A DNA stretch of 64,000 nucleotides from a bacterium (GCA_043803945.1 JAZDJN010000016.1:32001-96000), one strand, 5' to 3'. Shown: positions 21,403-31,568, numbered from the stretch's first letter. The notes: a model not told the origin generated them from the sequence alone. A program made the numbers and translations.

Positions 21403-21991
21403 CCTCAAGCTCTTTCCCAAGTAATAGTTCCATTGCTACATTGGCCATCATATTGGAGACGACGCCAACACGCGGCGCCAATGGCGGATGCATCTCGCTT
21501 GCCTCTGAAACACCATCACCCACAATATGAAGCCTTCCATGCTGCTCATTCCTGATACGATCATTTCTTCCCCAGCCCGCCATGCCGACTCCCGAGATGA
21601 GCGGGATCTCCGGAAGCTCGGTGAGGACGGTCTCAATAATCATTTCTTTCATCTCAGCAAGATCAAAGGCTTCCAGAATGACATCACATTCCTTAAACAA
21701 TTGTACGATGTCGTTTGGTTTCAATTTCACCGAGTGCGCTTCGACATGAATGGCAGGATTTATCCTTTGAATATTTTCTTTTAATGCTGATACTTTCTGC
21801 ATCCCGAGTTGATCGGAAAAATAAAATTGCCTGTTCAGGTTGCTCTCTTCAATGAGATCAAAATCAACGACGATCAGCTTGCCTACTCCCACCCGTGCAA
21901 GTGCCACAGCCGCATTGGAACCAAGTCCACCACAGCCCGCGATACCGACAGTCTTCACTTTTAATCGATCTTTAATCTCTGAAAATTGCAT
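21383..21991 (-). CDS. thiF: ThiF/MoeB-family sulfur-carrier adenylyltransferase
   Basis: GIAGCGGLGS, LARVGVG, DFDLIEESNLNRQ, APRVGVV. Confidence 0.9.
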   Translation of the reverse strand: MQFSEIKDRLKVKTVGIAGCGGLGSNAAVALARVGVGKLIVVDFDLIEESNLNRQFYFSDQLGMQKVSALKENIQRINPAIHVEAHSVKLKPNDIVQLFKECDVILEAFDLAEMKEMIIETVLTELPEIPLISGVGMAGWGRNDRIRNEQHGRLHIVGDGVSEASEMHPPLAPRVGVVSNMMANVAMELLLGKELEDEDSPE

Positions 21992-22073
21992 GCTGTTTAA
22001 TTGAATCTCCGCTCCAAAGCAAATAAAAATCACCCGGGTAACGGACCCAGGGATTCGACTCAATTCATGAATC

Positions 22074-24254
22074 TTATCTAAGCGTCAGTTCGCCTTTATC
22101 GTATTGTGTACGAAGGTTGACGATCTCCGGCAAATCCATACCGAGATGGTTCAATCTCTCCATGGTCGGAACACCGTTCTTATCCCAACCTCGGCGTGTA
22201 TAGACTGCATCGAGCAGTTGATCATACCGATTTTCACGGTACGTTCTCTGCGCTGCCATTTTCTCTTTCAACGTCATCACGGAGGGATCGAGGCCCACGA
22301 TCTCCCGAAGCTGCTTGTCATAGCGTTCTTCCCGAGAGAGATATTCCTCTTCCGTCACCGGACCTGCTGCGCGATAGGGCTGCGCATCCCATTTACGCGT
22401 ACCGAAACCGCGCCGCAAATTAAACAACCGTTGATATTGATAGACACGCTCTGAATCTTCGATCAACCGGACTTTATCGAACTCGCGACCCGTTACTGAT
22501 TTGTAGATTGTTACGTAGTTGTCGACATGCTCAGGTACCTTGGCCGGTTCCGGATTTTCAGCATTGTTCGCCGGTTCAACATCATTCCACGGCAGCTTGC
22601 AGAAGCCGCACAACCCGAACCATGTACGGAACATCGGAAAGTAGTATAACGCCTCTGCTTTATTTTCAAATGAGGGGATTTGATTATTCACCATGTCCAT
22701 GAATATTAACCATGCTTCGTCGTGCTGCGGACCTTTGTTCGTCATCGCATAGCCGCCCTGTTGAGCAAGGGATTCCTTGGACATGTATTGCGAGTATTCC
22801 AGTCCTTTGTTCTCCATGGCAATATCCTGAAGGAACTGCGGATCGCCCCATCCCTTCTCAATGAACAACTGTTTTAATTTTCGCACTCCAAGTCCGGCAG
22901 ATGTTCCGAAGCCTTCGCCCCGCGCAAGCTGGTGGAGTAGCTCCATTGCAGAATCAGCATTGCCAAAGTTCAACTTCAATCCTCCGGTACGTTCGAGATT
23001 GAGAACGCCGGATTCGAAGCACTCCATAAGGAAGGCCACTGTTGTTCCCCAGGTGATCGTACAGATACCATAGGTATCGCAGTAGAAATTTACTTCGATG
23101 GTGTAATCGGGATTGAAGATGCCGGCATTGGAGGCAATTCCCGCAGCAGTCTCATATTCCGGCCCATCAACAAAGACACATTGACCCTTGTACGGGCCTG
23201 AGCGAAGAAGGTAGTTGCTTACGCCTTTGGCGCAGCTCATATTACATCCAAGCCAGCATCCATCGAATGAGCCCTGGACGAATCGAGCTTTCCATGTTTC
23301 CGAGTCGATATTGCCCATCACATCTTTATTATTGCCGAATTTAAAATTATGGATCGGAAGGAGATCGTAATCATTCATAATCTCGACCAGGTGCGCCGTT
23401 CCTTTGGTGCGCATCTCACACTGCTCATCGTCGAGTTCCCGGATCTCTTTGTTGAATCGTTGGCCTCGTTCGATGATTGGTTTCATATCAACAACGTTGT
23501 TGATATCATTATCCACCTTCCCGACCAGAACCACAAGGGCTTTGATTTTTTTATCACGGAAAACCGTGCCGATACCGCCGCGGCCTGCCTGTTTCAGGCG
23601 AACCTGTTTCTTTCTTTTATCATAGAACGTGAAGTTCAGCATTCCCATCAATGAACGTTCAGCAGCGATGCCGCTGGAGACAATAGCGATTTTCATTTTG
23701 TCCTGTTCATTCGGGCAGTACATCTCTGTGAGCACCTCAGCCAGCTCGTGACTATTCAACGGTTCGGCAGGTGCTTCTTCAATTCGGATCGATCCGCCAT
23801 TCCGGTTATCAAGTATCACGATGACATCATTCTTTGCTTTTCCCTGCAGTTCAATGGCATCAAATCCGCATTGTTTTAAGAAGGGGCCAAACCAGCCGCC
23901 GACATTGCTGTCCATCGCTGAGTCGGTTTGGGGCGACAGTGTGACGACGAGCGATTTTCCGGTGCCTGAATATTGGGTGATGCCGCAGACCGGGCCGCCG
24001 GAGATGATGATTTCATTTTCCGGATCGTTCCATTTAGTTTCGGGTGTCGTTGCATCCCAGAGGTACTTCAATCCATACCCTTTTCCGCCTATGAATTTTT
24101 CTTTCATCTCCAACGGAACATCTTTGATGGTTATCGAGTTGTCGCTCAAGTTGATATGCACTGTTTTATCAGAGTATCCCCGAACCATAGGGGCTACCTC
24201 GTACTTAAATTCCTTAACTAATGTATGAGCTTTTAGATAATCTTGGACATTCAT
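22074..24254 (-). CDS. aor: Tungsten-dependent aldehyde:ferredoxin oxidoreductase (AOR family, long type)
   Basis: FIGGKGYG, DSNVGGWFG, AGRGGIG, CWLGCNMSC, DGPEYET, CGFCK, YTRRGWDKNGVP. Confidence 0.93.
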   Translation of the reverse strand: MNVQDYLKAHTLVKEFKYEVAPMVRGYSDKTVHINLSDNSITIKDVPLEMKEKFIGGKGYGLKYLWDATTPETKWNDPENEIIISGGPVCGITQYSGTGKSLVVTLSPQTDSAMDSNVGGWFGPFLKQCGFDAIELQGKAKNDVIVILDNRNGGSIRIEEAPAEPLNSHELAEVLTEMYCPNEQDKMKIAIVSSGIAAERSLMGMLNFTFYDKRKKQVRLKQAGRGGIGTVFRDKKIKALVVLVGKVDNDINNVVDMKPIIERGQRFNKEIRELDDEQCEMRTKGTAHLVEIMNDYDLLPIHNFKFGNNKDVMGNIDSETWKARFVQGSFDGCWLGCNMSCAKGVSNYLLRSGPYKGQCVFVDGPEYETAAGIASNAGIFNPDYTIEVNFYCDTYGICTITWGTTVAFLMECFESGVLNLERTGGLKLNFGNADSAMELLHQLARGEGFGTSAGLGVRKLKQLFIEKGWGDPQFLQDIAMENKGLEYSQYMSKESLAQQGGYAMTNKGPQHDEAWLIFMDMVNNQIPSFENKAEALYYFPMFRTWFGLCGFCKLPWNDVEPANNAENPEPAKVPEHVDNYVTIYKSVTGREFDKVRLIEDSERVYQYQRLFNLRRGFGTRKWDAQPYRAAGPVTEEEYLSREERYDKQLREIVGLDPSVMTLKEKMAAQRTYRENRYDQLLDAVYTRRGWDKNGVPTMERLNHLGMDLPEIVNLRTQYDKGELTLR

Positions 24255-24359
24255 TCGAATTCTCCTGATCAATTGATAATATCCGGTAATCACTGCATCT
24301 GTACCTGTGTAGAATATATAAATGATTCGCTCAAAACGGTAGAATTCCTCCGGGCAAAG

Positions 24360-24402
24360 TTGATAAAAAAAACTTTAATTGTTACACTGAGTGTAACAAT
24401 TA
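24360..24402 (+). promoter_or_regulatory. Sigma70 promoter overlapped by a perfect 27-bp palindromic operator
   Basis: TTGATA(24360)-N17-TACACT(24383); palindrome TAATTGTTACACT-G-AGTGTAACAATTA at 24376-24402. Confidence 0.8.
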
Positions 24403-24427
24403 CATCGATCACACTTGACACAATTGA

Positions 24428-24856
24428 ATGTCTGCCTCGAATAAACTTTCTACTGCAGTGAAAGCACTCTGTTATCTCGCTAAGGTATATCCTGAATCGA
24501 AGTCAAGTGCCGAAATTGCTGAAGCCATCGGTGTGAATGCCTCTAAGCTCCGACAGATCTTATCGCAGCTTATGCAGAGCGAAATTGTTTACAGTACCAA
24601 AGGGCCAACTGGAGGATTCTTGATCGCCGAAGATTTTACCTCTCTAAGTTTGTTTGAGATCTATGCGGCTCTGGATGATCGAAAAATTGTCGAATTCGAC
24701 GTTGCCGATGCCAGCGGTGCAAAGGATAACTCGGTAAAAGCGTACAATGATTATTTCAACAACTTGTTTGGCGACATTCAACATCAGATCGAAGAACGAA
24801 TGCGCTCCATAAAAATTGAACAGATTGCAAACTCCCATGAATCACATAAGAAATAG
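24428..24856 (+). CDS. Rrf2-family transcriptional regulator lacking the 3-Cys Fe-S motif
   Basis: AVKALCYLA, SAEIAEAIGVN..KLRQILSQL, STKGPTGGF, SLFEIY. Confidence 0.9.
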   Translation: MSASNKLSTAVKALCYLAKVYPESKSSAEIAEAIGVNASKLRQILSQLMQSEIVYSTKGPTGGFLIAEDFTSLSLFEIYAALDDRKIVEFDVADASGAKDNSVKAYNDYFNNLFGDIQHQIEERMRSIKIEQIANSHESHKK

Positions 24857-25793
24857 CTCGCTGTTCTCCTCCGTCTCGCTGGCCGTTTGTCTGTTGTCCA
24901 GCACACTTCTGAGCCAGGAGTTAATCGTCTTCCATGCCGGAAGTCTCACACTGCCTTTCGAAAAAATATTGAACGGATTCGTACTAGAGAATCCCGGGGT
25001 AAAGATTCAAAAAGAGATTGCCGGCAGCAGGGAATGTGCCAGAAAAATCTCTGAACTCAATAAGCCATGCGATATTTTTGCATCAGCAGATTACCTGGTC
25101 ATCGATCAGCTCCTCATTCCAAGGCACGCGGCCTGGAATTTGAAGTTCGCTACGAACGAAATGACAATCGTGTACTCAGAACGATCACGGCGTGCCAAAG
25201 AAATCAATCAGAACAATTGGTTTGATATTCTGAATGACCCACACATCGCAGTAGGTAGAGCCGATCCGAATTCGGATCCATGCGGGTACCGTACAGTCCT
25301 CACCTTGAGACTTGCCGAACAATTGTACGCACGGCCGGGTTTGGCCTTGACATTACTGATGAAGAATCAAAAAAATATCAGGCCCAAAGAGGTCGATCTG
25401 CTCGCTTTGCTCGAAGCAGGCGAGATCGATTATATCTTCCTCTATCGCTCAGTTGCGGAGCAGCACAAGCTCAGGTATCTGCTCTTGCCCGATAGCATCA
25501 ACCTGAAAAAGGCTGATCTTGAAGAGCACTACAAACAAGTCTCAGTCCAACTGAATGGAAAATCACCAGGTGAAACAATCATGCAGGCAGGAGGATCGAT
25601 GGTGTATGGAGTGACCATACCCAATAATTCACCCAATCCGGTTCTGGCAAAGAAATTTATTCAGTACTTGATGGACAGCAAGAGAGGTTTGAACGTGCTG
25701 GAAGCGATGGGTCAGCCCACTATTGTTCCATCGATTTGTGAGACCTATGACAATCTTCCAGACGAGTTAAAACAGTATGCGAGAAAGAAGTAA
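24837..25793 (+). CDS. wtpA: Tungstate/molybdate ABC substrate-binding protein (WtpA type)
   Basis: VFHAGSL, EIAGSR, FASADY, DPCGYR, RPKEVDL, YRSVA; signal peptide. Confidence 0.9.
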   Translation: MNHIRNSSLFSSVSLAVCLLSSTLLSQELIVFHAGSLTLPFEKILNGFVLENPGVKIQKEIAGSRECARKISELNKPCDIFASADYLVIDQLLIPRHAAWNLKFATNEMTIVYSERSRRAKEINQNNWFDILNDPHIAVGRADPNSDPCGYRTVLTLRLAEQLYARPGLALTLLMKNQKNIRPKEVDLLALLEAGEIDYIFLYRSVAEQHKLRYLLLPDSINLKKADLEEHYKQVSVQLNGKSPGETIMQAGGSMVYGVTIPNNSPNPVLAKKFIQYLMDSKRGLNVLEAMGQPTIVPSICETYDNLPDELKQYARKK

Positions 25794-25805
25794 TCCAGGA
25801 ACAGC

Positions 25806-26591
25806 ATGATCTCGGCGCTCAAACAATATTCTCCACTGAATCTGATCTTCACCTTTCTGGGAGGTGTCTTGCTCTTATTCATCATCGCCCCCATCGCTGG
25901 TATGTATTTTCACATTTCGATTGGCTCTGTCGCTGAGGCACTCGGGAACGACGAAGTTCGAGAGAGCATTTGGCTCAGCCTCTGGATCTCCATGGCTGGC
26001 ACCCTTCTGTTTTCGCTCCTTGCCATTCCGCTTGCGTATACTCTCGCACGAAAAACATTTCCCTTCAAAGGTGTCGTCAACGCGATTATTGATATTCCGA
26101 TCATCATTCCTCATTCGGCGGCAGGCATTGCAATCCTGGGTATCATCACCAGAGAAAGTATGCTGGGCAGCCTCGGTGAGAGTGTCGGGTTGACATTCGT
26201 CGGGAGCCCTGCGGGAATCATGCTTGCAATGGCATTTGTGAGCATTCCATTTCTTATTAATGCTGCACGGGATGGGTTTGCCGCTGTTCCGGAACGTCTC
26301 GAAAAAATCGCTTTGACACTTGGAGCATCTCCAATGAAAGTCTTTGTGACAGTCTCCCTCCCTCTCGCATGGCGATCGATTCTTTCCGGTTTGATACTTA
26401 TGTGGGCACGCGGGATGAGCGAGTTTGGAGCTGTGGTGATCGTCGCCTACAATCCAAAAACTGCACCGGTGATGATCTTCGAACGGTTCACATCGTACGG
26501 CCTGAAGTATTCGGTTCCCGCTGCAGCGCTGTTTGTAACCGTCTGTCTAGTACTCTTCGTACTCCTTCGACTGGTCAAGAGAAAGTCCTGA
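25806..26591 (+). CDS. wtpB: Tungstate ABC permease
   Basis: PIIIPHSAAGIA, EAA-like loop LEKIALTLGAS, WARGMSEFGA. Confidence 0.88.
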   Translation: MISALKQYSPLNLIFTFLGGVLLLFIIAPIAGMYFHISIGSVAEALGNDEVRESIWLSLWISMAGTLLFSLLAIPLAYTLARKTFPFKGVVNAIIDIPIIIPHSAAGIAILGIITRESMLGSLGESVGLTFVGSPAGIMLAMAFVSIPFLINAARDGFAAVPERLEKIALTLGASPMKVFVTVSLPLAWRSILSGLILMWARGMSEFGAVVIVAYNPKTAPVMIFERFTSYGLKYSVPAAALFVTVCLVLFVLLRLVKRKS

Positions 26592-26592
26592 T

Positions 26593-27639
26593 ATGATTGC
26601 CGTTGAACACCTCTCCATACGTGTCGGGAATTTTGAGCTGAAGGACATGTCCTTCAGCGTCCAGAAGGGCGAGTACTTTGTCATTCTCGGACTTTCGGGA
26701 GTCGGCAAGACACTCTTGCTCGAAACCATCGCCGGTTTGGTGAAACCGCTCAGCGGGACGATAAACCTTCGCGGGAGCGATGTTACTTCCGGGCGAATTC
26801 AATCCAGGAACATCAGCATCGTATATCAGGACGCCGATCTCTTTCCGCATCTTTCAGTCTATGACAATATCGCCTATCCGTTACGATGCCGGAAGAGAAC
26901 ACCGGTCGAACCAAGAGTACTCGATGCTGCCAGGCGAACAGGGATTGCCGATAAGATGGAGCGATTCCCGGAATCATTGTCCGGCGGAGAATATCAACGA
27001 GCTGCACTTGCCAGGAGCCTCGCCGCAGATTCCGACATTTTCCTGCTGGATGAACCGCTCTCTTCACTCGATGCACCGTCAAAAATTGAGCTGCGGTCAT
27101 TGCTGAGAAAGCTCAACCGGCAGGGAATCACAATCATCCACGTCACTCATGATTATGAGGAGGCAGTTTCGCTGGCAACGAAAATCGGGATCATGGAAAA
27201 TGGCAGACTGACACACGTTGCATCGCCCGAGGAGATCTTTAAACACCCGAAGTCGGAATTCATCGCACGTTTTGTTGGCATAAAAAATTATCTCCGGGGA
27301 TTTGTGAAATCAATTCAAGGAAGCGATCTGAAGCAATTCTCATCCAATGGCATCTCCCTCTTCTGCCTGACAGAGATCTCTGACGGCGAGGCCTTCCTCA
27401 CAATCCGTCCCGATGAGATATCCATTGCCAACCGGAAAGAGAGAAGCAGCAGCCGTAATCATTTCAAAGGGACGATCACCGATATCGCTCAGGCGGCACT
27501 TGGTCTCGAATTGACCATCGATATCGGTATAGAGTTAGTCATCATGATCTCTTCAGATGCCAGAAGAGCATTACATCTCGAAATTGGCAAGGCAGTATGG
27601 ATCAGTTTCAAAGCTTCATCGTGCAAGGTTTATAACTAA
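26593..27639 (+). CDS. wtpC: Tungstate ABC ATPase with C-terminal TOBE domain
   Basis: GLSGVGKT, LSGGE, LLDEP, HVTHD, SSSRNHFKG...FKAS. Confidence 0.88.
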   Translation: MIAVEHLSIRVGNFELKDMSFSVQKGEYFVILGLSGVGKTLLLETIAGLVKPLSGTINLRGSDVTSGRIQSRNISIVYQDADLFPHLSVYDNIAYPLRCRKRTPVEPRVLDAARRTGIADKMERFPESLSGGEYQRAALARSLAADSDIFLLDEPLSSLDAPSKIELRSLLRKLNRQGITIIHVTHDYEEAVSLATKIGIMENGRLTHVASPEEIFKHPKSEFIARFVGIKNYLRGFVKSIQGSDLKQFSSNGISLFCLTEISDGEAFLTIRPDEISIANRKERSSSRNHFKGTITDIAQAALGLELTIDIGIELVIMISSDARRALHLEIGKAVWISFKASSCKVYN

Positions 27640-27645
27640 GGAGCA

Positions 27646-28824
27646 GTGGTGATAACGTTTGAACAGGCTAGTGAGATCGTCCAATCGAATTGCTATTTGC
27701 TCGGTACTGAACACATTGATTTCAAGGAAAGTCTAAATCGCGTTCTGAGACAGGATGTCGTTTCCGATCTTGATATGCCCCCCTTTCATAAATCTGCAAT
27801 GGATGGATATGCCTGCAGGCAGGAAGATATTCGGAATACACTTGAAGTGATTGAAGTTCTTCCGGCGGGCACTCAACCACAGAAATCGATTGGAATAAAT
27901 CAGTGCGCCAAAATCATGACGGGCGCCATGATCCCTGAGGGAGCGGACTGCGTTCTTATCGTTGAAGAGGTGGAGCAAGTATCGGAGACAACAATTCGAT
28001 TCAAAGCCGAACGGACTTCTGCGAATATCTGCTTCAAAGGCGAGGATGTGATCGCCGGACAAACTCTTGTTTCCACTGGTGTACGGATTACACCCAAAGA
28101 AATCGCTTCGCTTGCGCTGGCCGGCTGTTCTTCGCCGCTCGTCAGCAAGAAACCGATTCTGGGTATTATCGCCACTGGCGATGAAATTGTCGAGCCCTAT
28201 ACGATTCCTCAGGGCTCTCAGATACGAAATACTAATTCGTACCAAATTCTTACACAAGGTAATCAGTTTGGATGCACAACCAAGTACTATGGCATCGTAC
28301 CAGATACTGAAGAAGCCATTGGGCGTGTACTTACTGAGGCAAGGTCCGAATGCCATGTGGTGCTTCTGACCGGCGGCGTCTCCATGGGAGATTTCGATCT
28401 CGTCCCCTCCCTCTTGAAGAACCATGGCTTTGAACTTTTCTTTGAGAAGGTGGCCATTCAACCAGGCAAGCCGACAGTGTTCGGACGCAGCGGCAACACG
28501 TTCGTATTTGGATTGCCTGGCAATCCAGTTTCCTCCTTCATGGTGTTTGAATTTTTTGTGAAGGAGCTGCTCGCCGGTATGATGGGCCTGAAACGTTTCT
28601 CAACGATACTGAAGTACCGATTGACAAATGACTACAAACGCAAACGAAGCACGCGGCGTGCATGGGTACCGGTTCAGATTACTGCTGATGGAGAAGCGAA
28701 AGCCCTCGAATACCATGGCTCGGCGCACATCAGTTCATTGGCTGGAGCTGATGGAGTCATTACAATTCCAATTGGTGAACGTGAAATTCTGAAAGGCACA
28801 CTCGTCGATGTACGACAGATTTAA
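27646..28824 (+). CDS. moeA: Molybdopterin metal-insertase MoeA
   Basis: SAMDGYA, IMTGAMIPEGAD, TGDEI, TGGVSMGDFD, QPGKP, GLPGNPVS. Confidence 0.95.
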   Translation: MVITFEQASEIVQSNCYLLGTEHIDFKESLNRVLRQDVVSDLDMPPFHKSAMDGYACRQEDIRNTLEVIEVLPAGTQPQKSIGINQCAKIMTGAMIPEGADCVLIVEEVEQVSETTIRFKAERTSANICFKGEDVIAGQTLVSTGVRITPKEIASLALAGCSSPLVSKKPILGIIATGDEIVEPYTIPQGSQIRNTNSYQILTQGNQFGCTTKYYGIVPDTEEAIGRVLTEARSECHVVLLTGGVSMGDFDLVPSLLKNHGFELFFEKVAIQPGKPTVFGRSGNTFVFGLPGNPVSSFMVFEFFVKELLAGMMGLKRFSTILKYRLTNDYKRKRSTRRAWVPVQITADGEAKALEYHGSAHISSLAGADGVITIPIGEREILKGTLVDVRQI

Positions 28825-29608
28825 CAGACAAATTACGTATCTGCGGATCAGCGTCACTGATCGCTGCAATCTTCGCTGCCTCTATTGCATGCCCGAGAAC
28901 GGTATTCAATTAATCCGTCATCAAGATGTCCTCTCGTTTGAGGAGATTGCGGAATTCACAAAATGTGCGGTGGAGATGGGAATCACAAAAGTGAGGCTCA
29001 CTGGTGGTGAACCCTTAGCACGTAAAGGGGTTATAGATCTCGTTCACATGCTTAGTGGCATCTCCGGAATCCAGGACTTCTCCATGACAACCAATGCCAT
29101 TCTCATGCCCAGATATGCTCACGATTTGAAACGTGCCGGTCTTCACCGAGTAAATATCAGTCTCGATACTATCGATCCCGAAAAATACATAGCGATTACA
29201 CGCGGCGGCAATATTGAAGAGGCGCTCCGGGGAATTGCAACAGCAAAAGATGCCGGGTTGCTGCCAATCAAGATTAATTGTGTTATTAAAGAGCACATCG
29301 ATGAACCGGATGCATGTGAAGTCAGGAAGTATTGTGATGACCATGGACTTCTCGTTCGATTCATCTATGAGATGGATATTGAGAAAGGACAATTCGGTGT
29401 TGTCCATGGCGGCAGCGGCGGCGATTGTGAACGTTGTAACCGGCTTCGTCTCACGAGCGATGGATTTCTCAAGCCATGTCTCTTCAACGACATCGCTTTC
29501 AACATTCGAACGATGGACTATCGCGAGGCAATCCGGAATGCTGTTGCGATAAAACCTGAGTGCGGCATACGAAGTACGACACATCAATTTTATAATATTG
29601 GAGGATGA
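28808..29608 (+). CDS. moaA: GTP 3',8-cyclase MoaA (short form)
   Basis: RISVTDRCNLRCLYCMP, LTGGEP, CERCNRLRLT..G.LKPCL, C-terminal GG. Confidence 0.93.
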   Translation: MYDRFNRQITYLRISVTDRCNLRCLYCMPENGIQLIRHQDVLSFEEIAEFTKCAVEMGITKVRLTGGEPLARKGVIDLVHMLSGISGIQDFSMTTNAILMPRYAHDLKRAGLHRVNISLDTIDPEKYIAITRGGNIEEALRGIATAKDAGLLPIKINCVIKEHIDEPDACEVRKYCDDHGLLVRFIYEMDIEKGQFGVVHGGSGGDCERCNRLRLTSDGFLKPCLFNDIAFNIRTMDYREAIRNAVAIKPECGIRSTTHQFYNIGG

Positions 29609-29609
29609 A

Positions 29610-30068
29610 ATGGAAAACCTCTCTCACGTAGATTCCGAAGGGCGTGTAACCATGGTCGATGTCGGCGGGAAATCGATACAATATCGATCCGCGAAAGCAG
29701 AAGGTTTCATTCGGCTTCAACCGGAGACCATTCGCTTGATACGAGAGAATGGATTGAAGAAAGGCGATGTGCTGACTGTCGCACAAATCGCCGGTATCCA
29801 GGCTGGGAAGAAAACCGCGGATCTTATCCCCCTCTGCCACCCTTTGCAAATTACAAAACTGGATGTGCAAACCGAGGTCACCGAAGAAGGCGTGCGAGTG
29901 ACGAGTTATGCCAAATGCACCGGACAGACTGGCATTGAGATGGAGGCATTAGCTGCAGCTTCGGTTGCCCTCCTGACAATCTACGATATGTGCAAAGCAG
30001 TGGATAATAAAATGGTACTGGGAGAGATAAGGTTAATCGAGAAACTGAAGAGCGATGAAGAACTGTAA
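29610..30068 (+). CDS. moaC: Cyclic pyranopterin monophosphate synthase
   Basis: MVDVGGK, KKGDVL, LIPLCHP, TGIEMEAL, IYDMCKAVD; GGAGG SD. Confidence 0.96.
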   Translation: MENLSHVDSEGRVTMVDVGGKSIQYRSAKAEGFIRLQPETIRLIRENGLKKGDVLTVAQIAGIQAGKKTADLIPLCHPLQITKLDVQTEVTEEGVRVTSYAKCTGQTGIEMEALAAASVALLTIYDMCKAVDNKMVLGEIRLIEKLKSDEEL

Positions 30069-30090
30069 GCAATTCTTGTTGAATAATGAT

Positions 30091-30181
30091 CACCACGAAG
30101 GGCACGAAGACGCCAAGAAAGATGAAATAGAGAATGATAATTGATAAGAGTTCTTCGTTTTCTTCGTATCTCTTAGTAGTT
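30091..30181. repeat. Degenerate intergenic palindrome built from 9-mer units
   Basis: caccacgaagggcacgaagacgccaag ... ttcttcgttttcttcgtatctcttagtagtt. Confidence 0.55.
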
Positions 30182-30265
30182 TGTTTTTTTTCAGTGAGAA
30201 CTAAGCAGAAGGAAGTTACTGGATGTGAAATACAGCTATGGTGAATAGTAATTGAGATTACTCAT

Positions 30266-31219
30266 ATGAGCACAAAAAATCAGAATACTACAGGGCGTGT
30301 AGTTTCAATCAATAGTTCAATAGAAAAAGGAGCTACAAAATCTCCCAGGGAACAGGTCGAAGTCAACAACCTCGGAATCATCGGTGATGCACATGCGGGC
30401 CTGTGGCACCGACAAGTCAGTCTCCTGGGGCTGGAAGATATCCAAGCGTTCTCTGCAGCAGAAGCGCAAGGCAGAACTTATAAGCCGGGAGACTTCGCTG
30501 AAAATATCACAACGCAGGGAATCGACTATCGAACCGTGTGTGTCCTCGATCGGTTTACCATCGGAGAAGTGGAATTGGAAATAACGCAAATCGGTAAGAA
30601 ATGCCATGGCAGCGGCTGCGCAATCTTTGTAGAAGTTGGTGCCTGCGTCATGCCAAAGTCAGGAATTTTTGCAAGGGTTGTCCAAGGCGGCAAAATAACG
30701 AAGGGCGACTCCATCGTGTATCATCCACGCCTTCTTAAAATAGCGATCATCACACTCAGCGATCGTGCGAGCAGCGGTGTGTATGAGGATCGTAGCGGGC
30801 CAAAGATCAAAGAGATTCTTGCACCGAGCTTATCTGAAAGGCGCTGGCATCTCGAGTTTTCCTCGCTGCTGATTCCAGACGATAAAGATGCACTACTGTC
30901 CGCATTGGAGAAAAGTGTTCAGGAGAATGTCGATATCATTTTCACCACCGGCGGCACCGGCATTGGTCCAAGAGATATCACTCCGGATGTTGTTGAGGAA
31001 TTCGCCGACAAGCTCATACCGGGAGTTATGGAATATATTCGCGTTAAGTATGGCGAGACAATTCCCTCTGCCCTCCTGAGCAGATCACTTGCGGCTGTAA
31101 AAAATCAGACTTTGATTTATTGCCTTCCGGGAAGCGTCAAAGCAGTGAGCGATTATACAACTGAAATACTGAGAACATTGGAACATGCGATTCTCATGAT
31201 CCATAATATTGGCCATTAA
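30266..31219 (+). CDS. MOSC domain + MogA/MoaB molybdopterin adenylyltransferase fusion
   Basis: GIIGDAHAG..HRQVSLL, PGDFAENITT, TQIGKKCH..C; then LSDRAS, TTGGTGIGPRDITP, LPGS. Confidence 0.9.
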   Translation: MSTKNQNTTGRVVSINSSIEKGATKSPREQVEVNNLGIIGDAHAGLWHRQVSLLGLEDIQAFSAAEAQGRTYKPGDFAENITTQGIDYRTVCVLDRFTIGEVELEITQIGKKCHGSGCAIFVEVGACVMPKSGIFARVVQGGKITKGDSIVYHPRLLKIAIITLSDRASSGVYEDRSGPKIKEILAPSLSERRWHLEFSSLLIPDDKDALLSALEKSVQENVDIIFTTGGTGIGPRDITPDVVEEFADKLIPGVMEYIRVKYGETIPSALLSRSLAAVKNQTLIYCLPGSVKAVSDYTTEILRTLEHAILMIHNIGH

Positions 31220-31448
31220 CACATTGAAGCATCAGTCGAATCTTGGTACTCGTTATACTCCCTACTTTTGCTTTTGCTGGATGATGAACAGAACCGATTG
31301 CGATGACTTTTTGTTAGTAGAGAGTAGTGATTCGGAAGAAGATGGGCGATATGCCTTGTTCGCGACTCCCGATTTCTTTGTCGATAGAGGTGTACGGGCA
31401 ATTGAAAAAATCACCATTGTTCGGATTGAATGACGCTGCTTTAAAATT

Positions 31449-31533
31449 GAACACAGATAACACAGAAGAAGCACGAGATTTTCACAGAAACAACATCTGT
31501 GTAAGTCTCGTGACATCAGTGGACTCAGTGTTC
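31449..31533. repeat. Intergenic palindromic element (second copy at 50654-50738)
   Basis: gaacacagataacacag...tctgtg..agtctcgt..catcagtg...tcagtgttc. Confidence 0.7.
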
Positions 31534-31568
31534 TAAGTTTTTCTTGCTGAGGAATAACTGGAGCAACT

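Noticed and set aside
21193-21991. thiS/thiF as thiamine biosynthesis genes
   Set aside because: No thiG/H/E or TPP riboswitch nearby; co-oriented directly after aor, so a cofactor sulfur-relay role is more likely.
24255-24427. Moco/Tuco RNA motif or ModE box
   Set aside because: Leader is short and AT-rich; only the DNA palindrome is evident.
31209-31433. 74-aa ORF after the MOSC-MogA gene
   Set aside because: No recognisable motif or convincing start; may be a remnant but cannot be supported.
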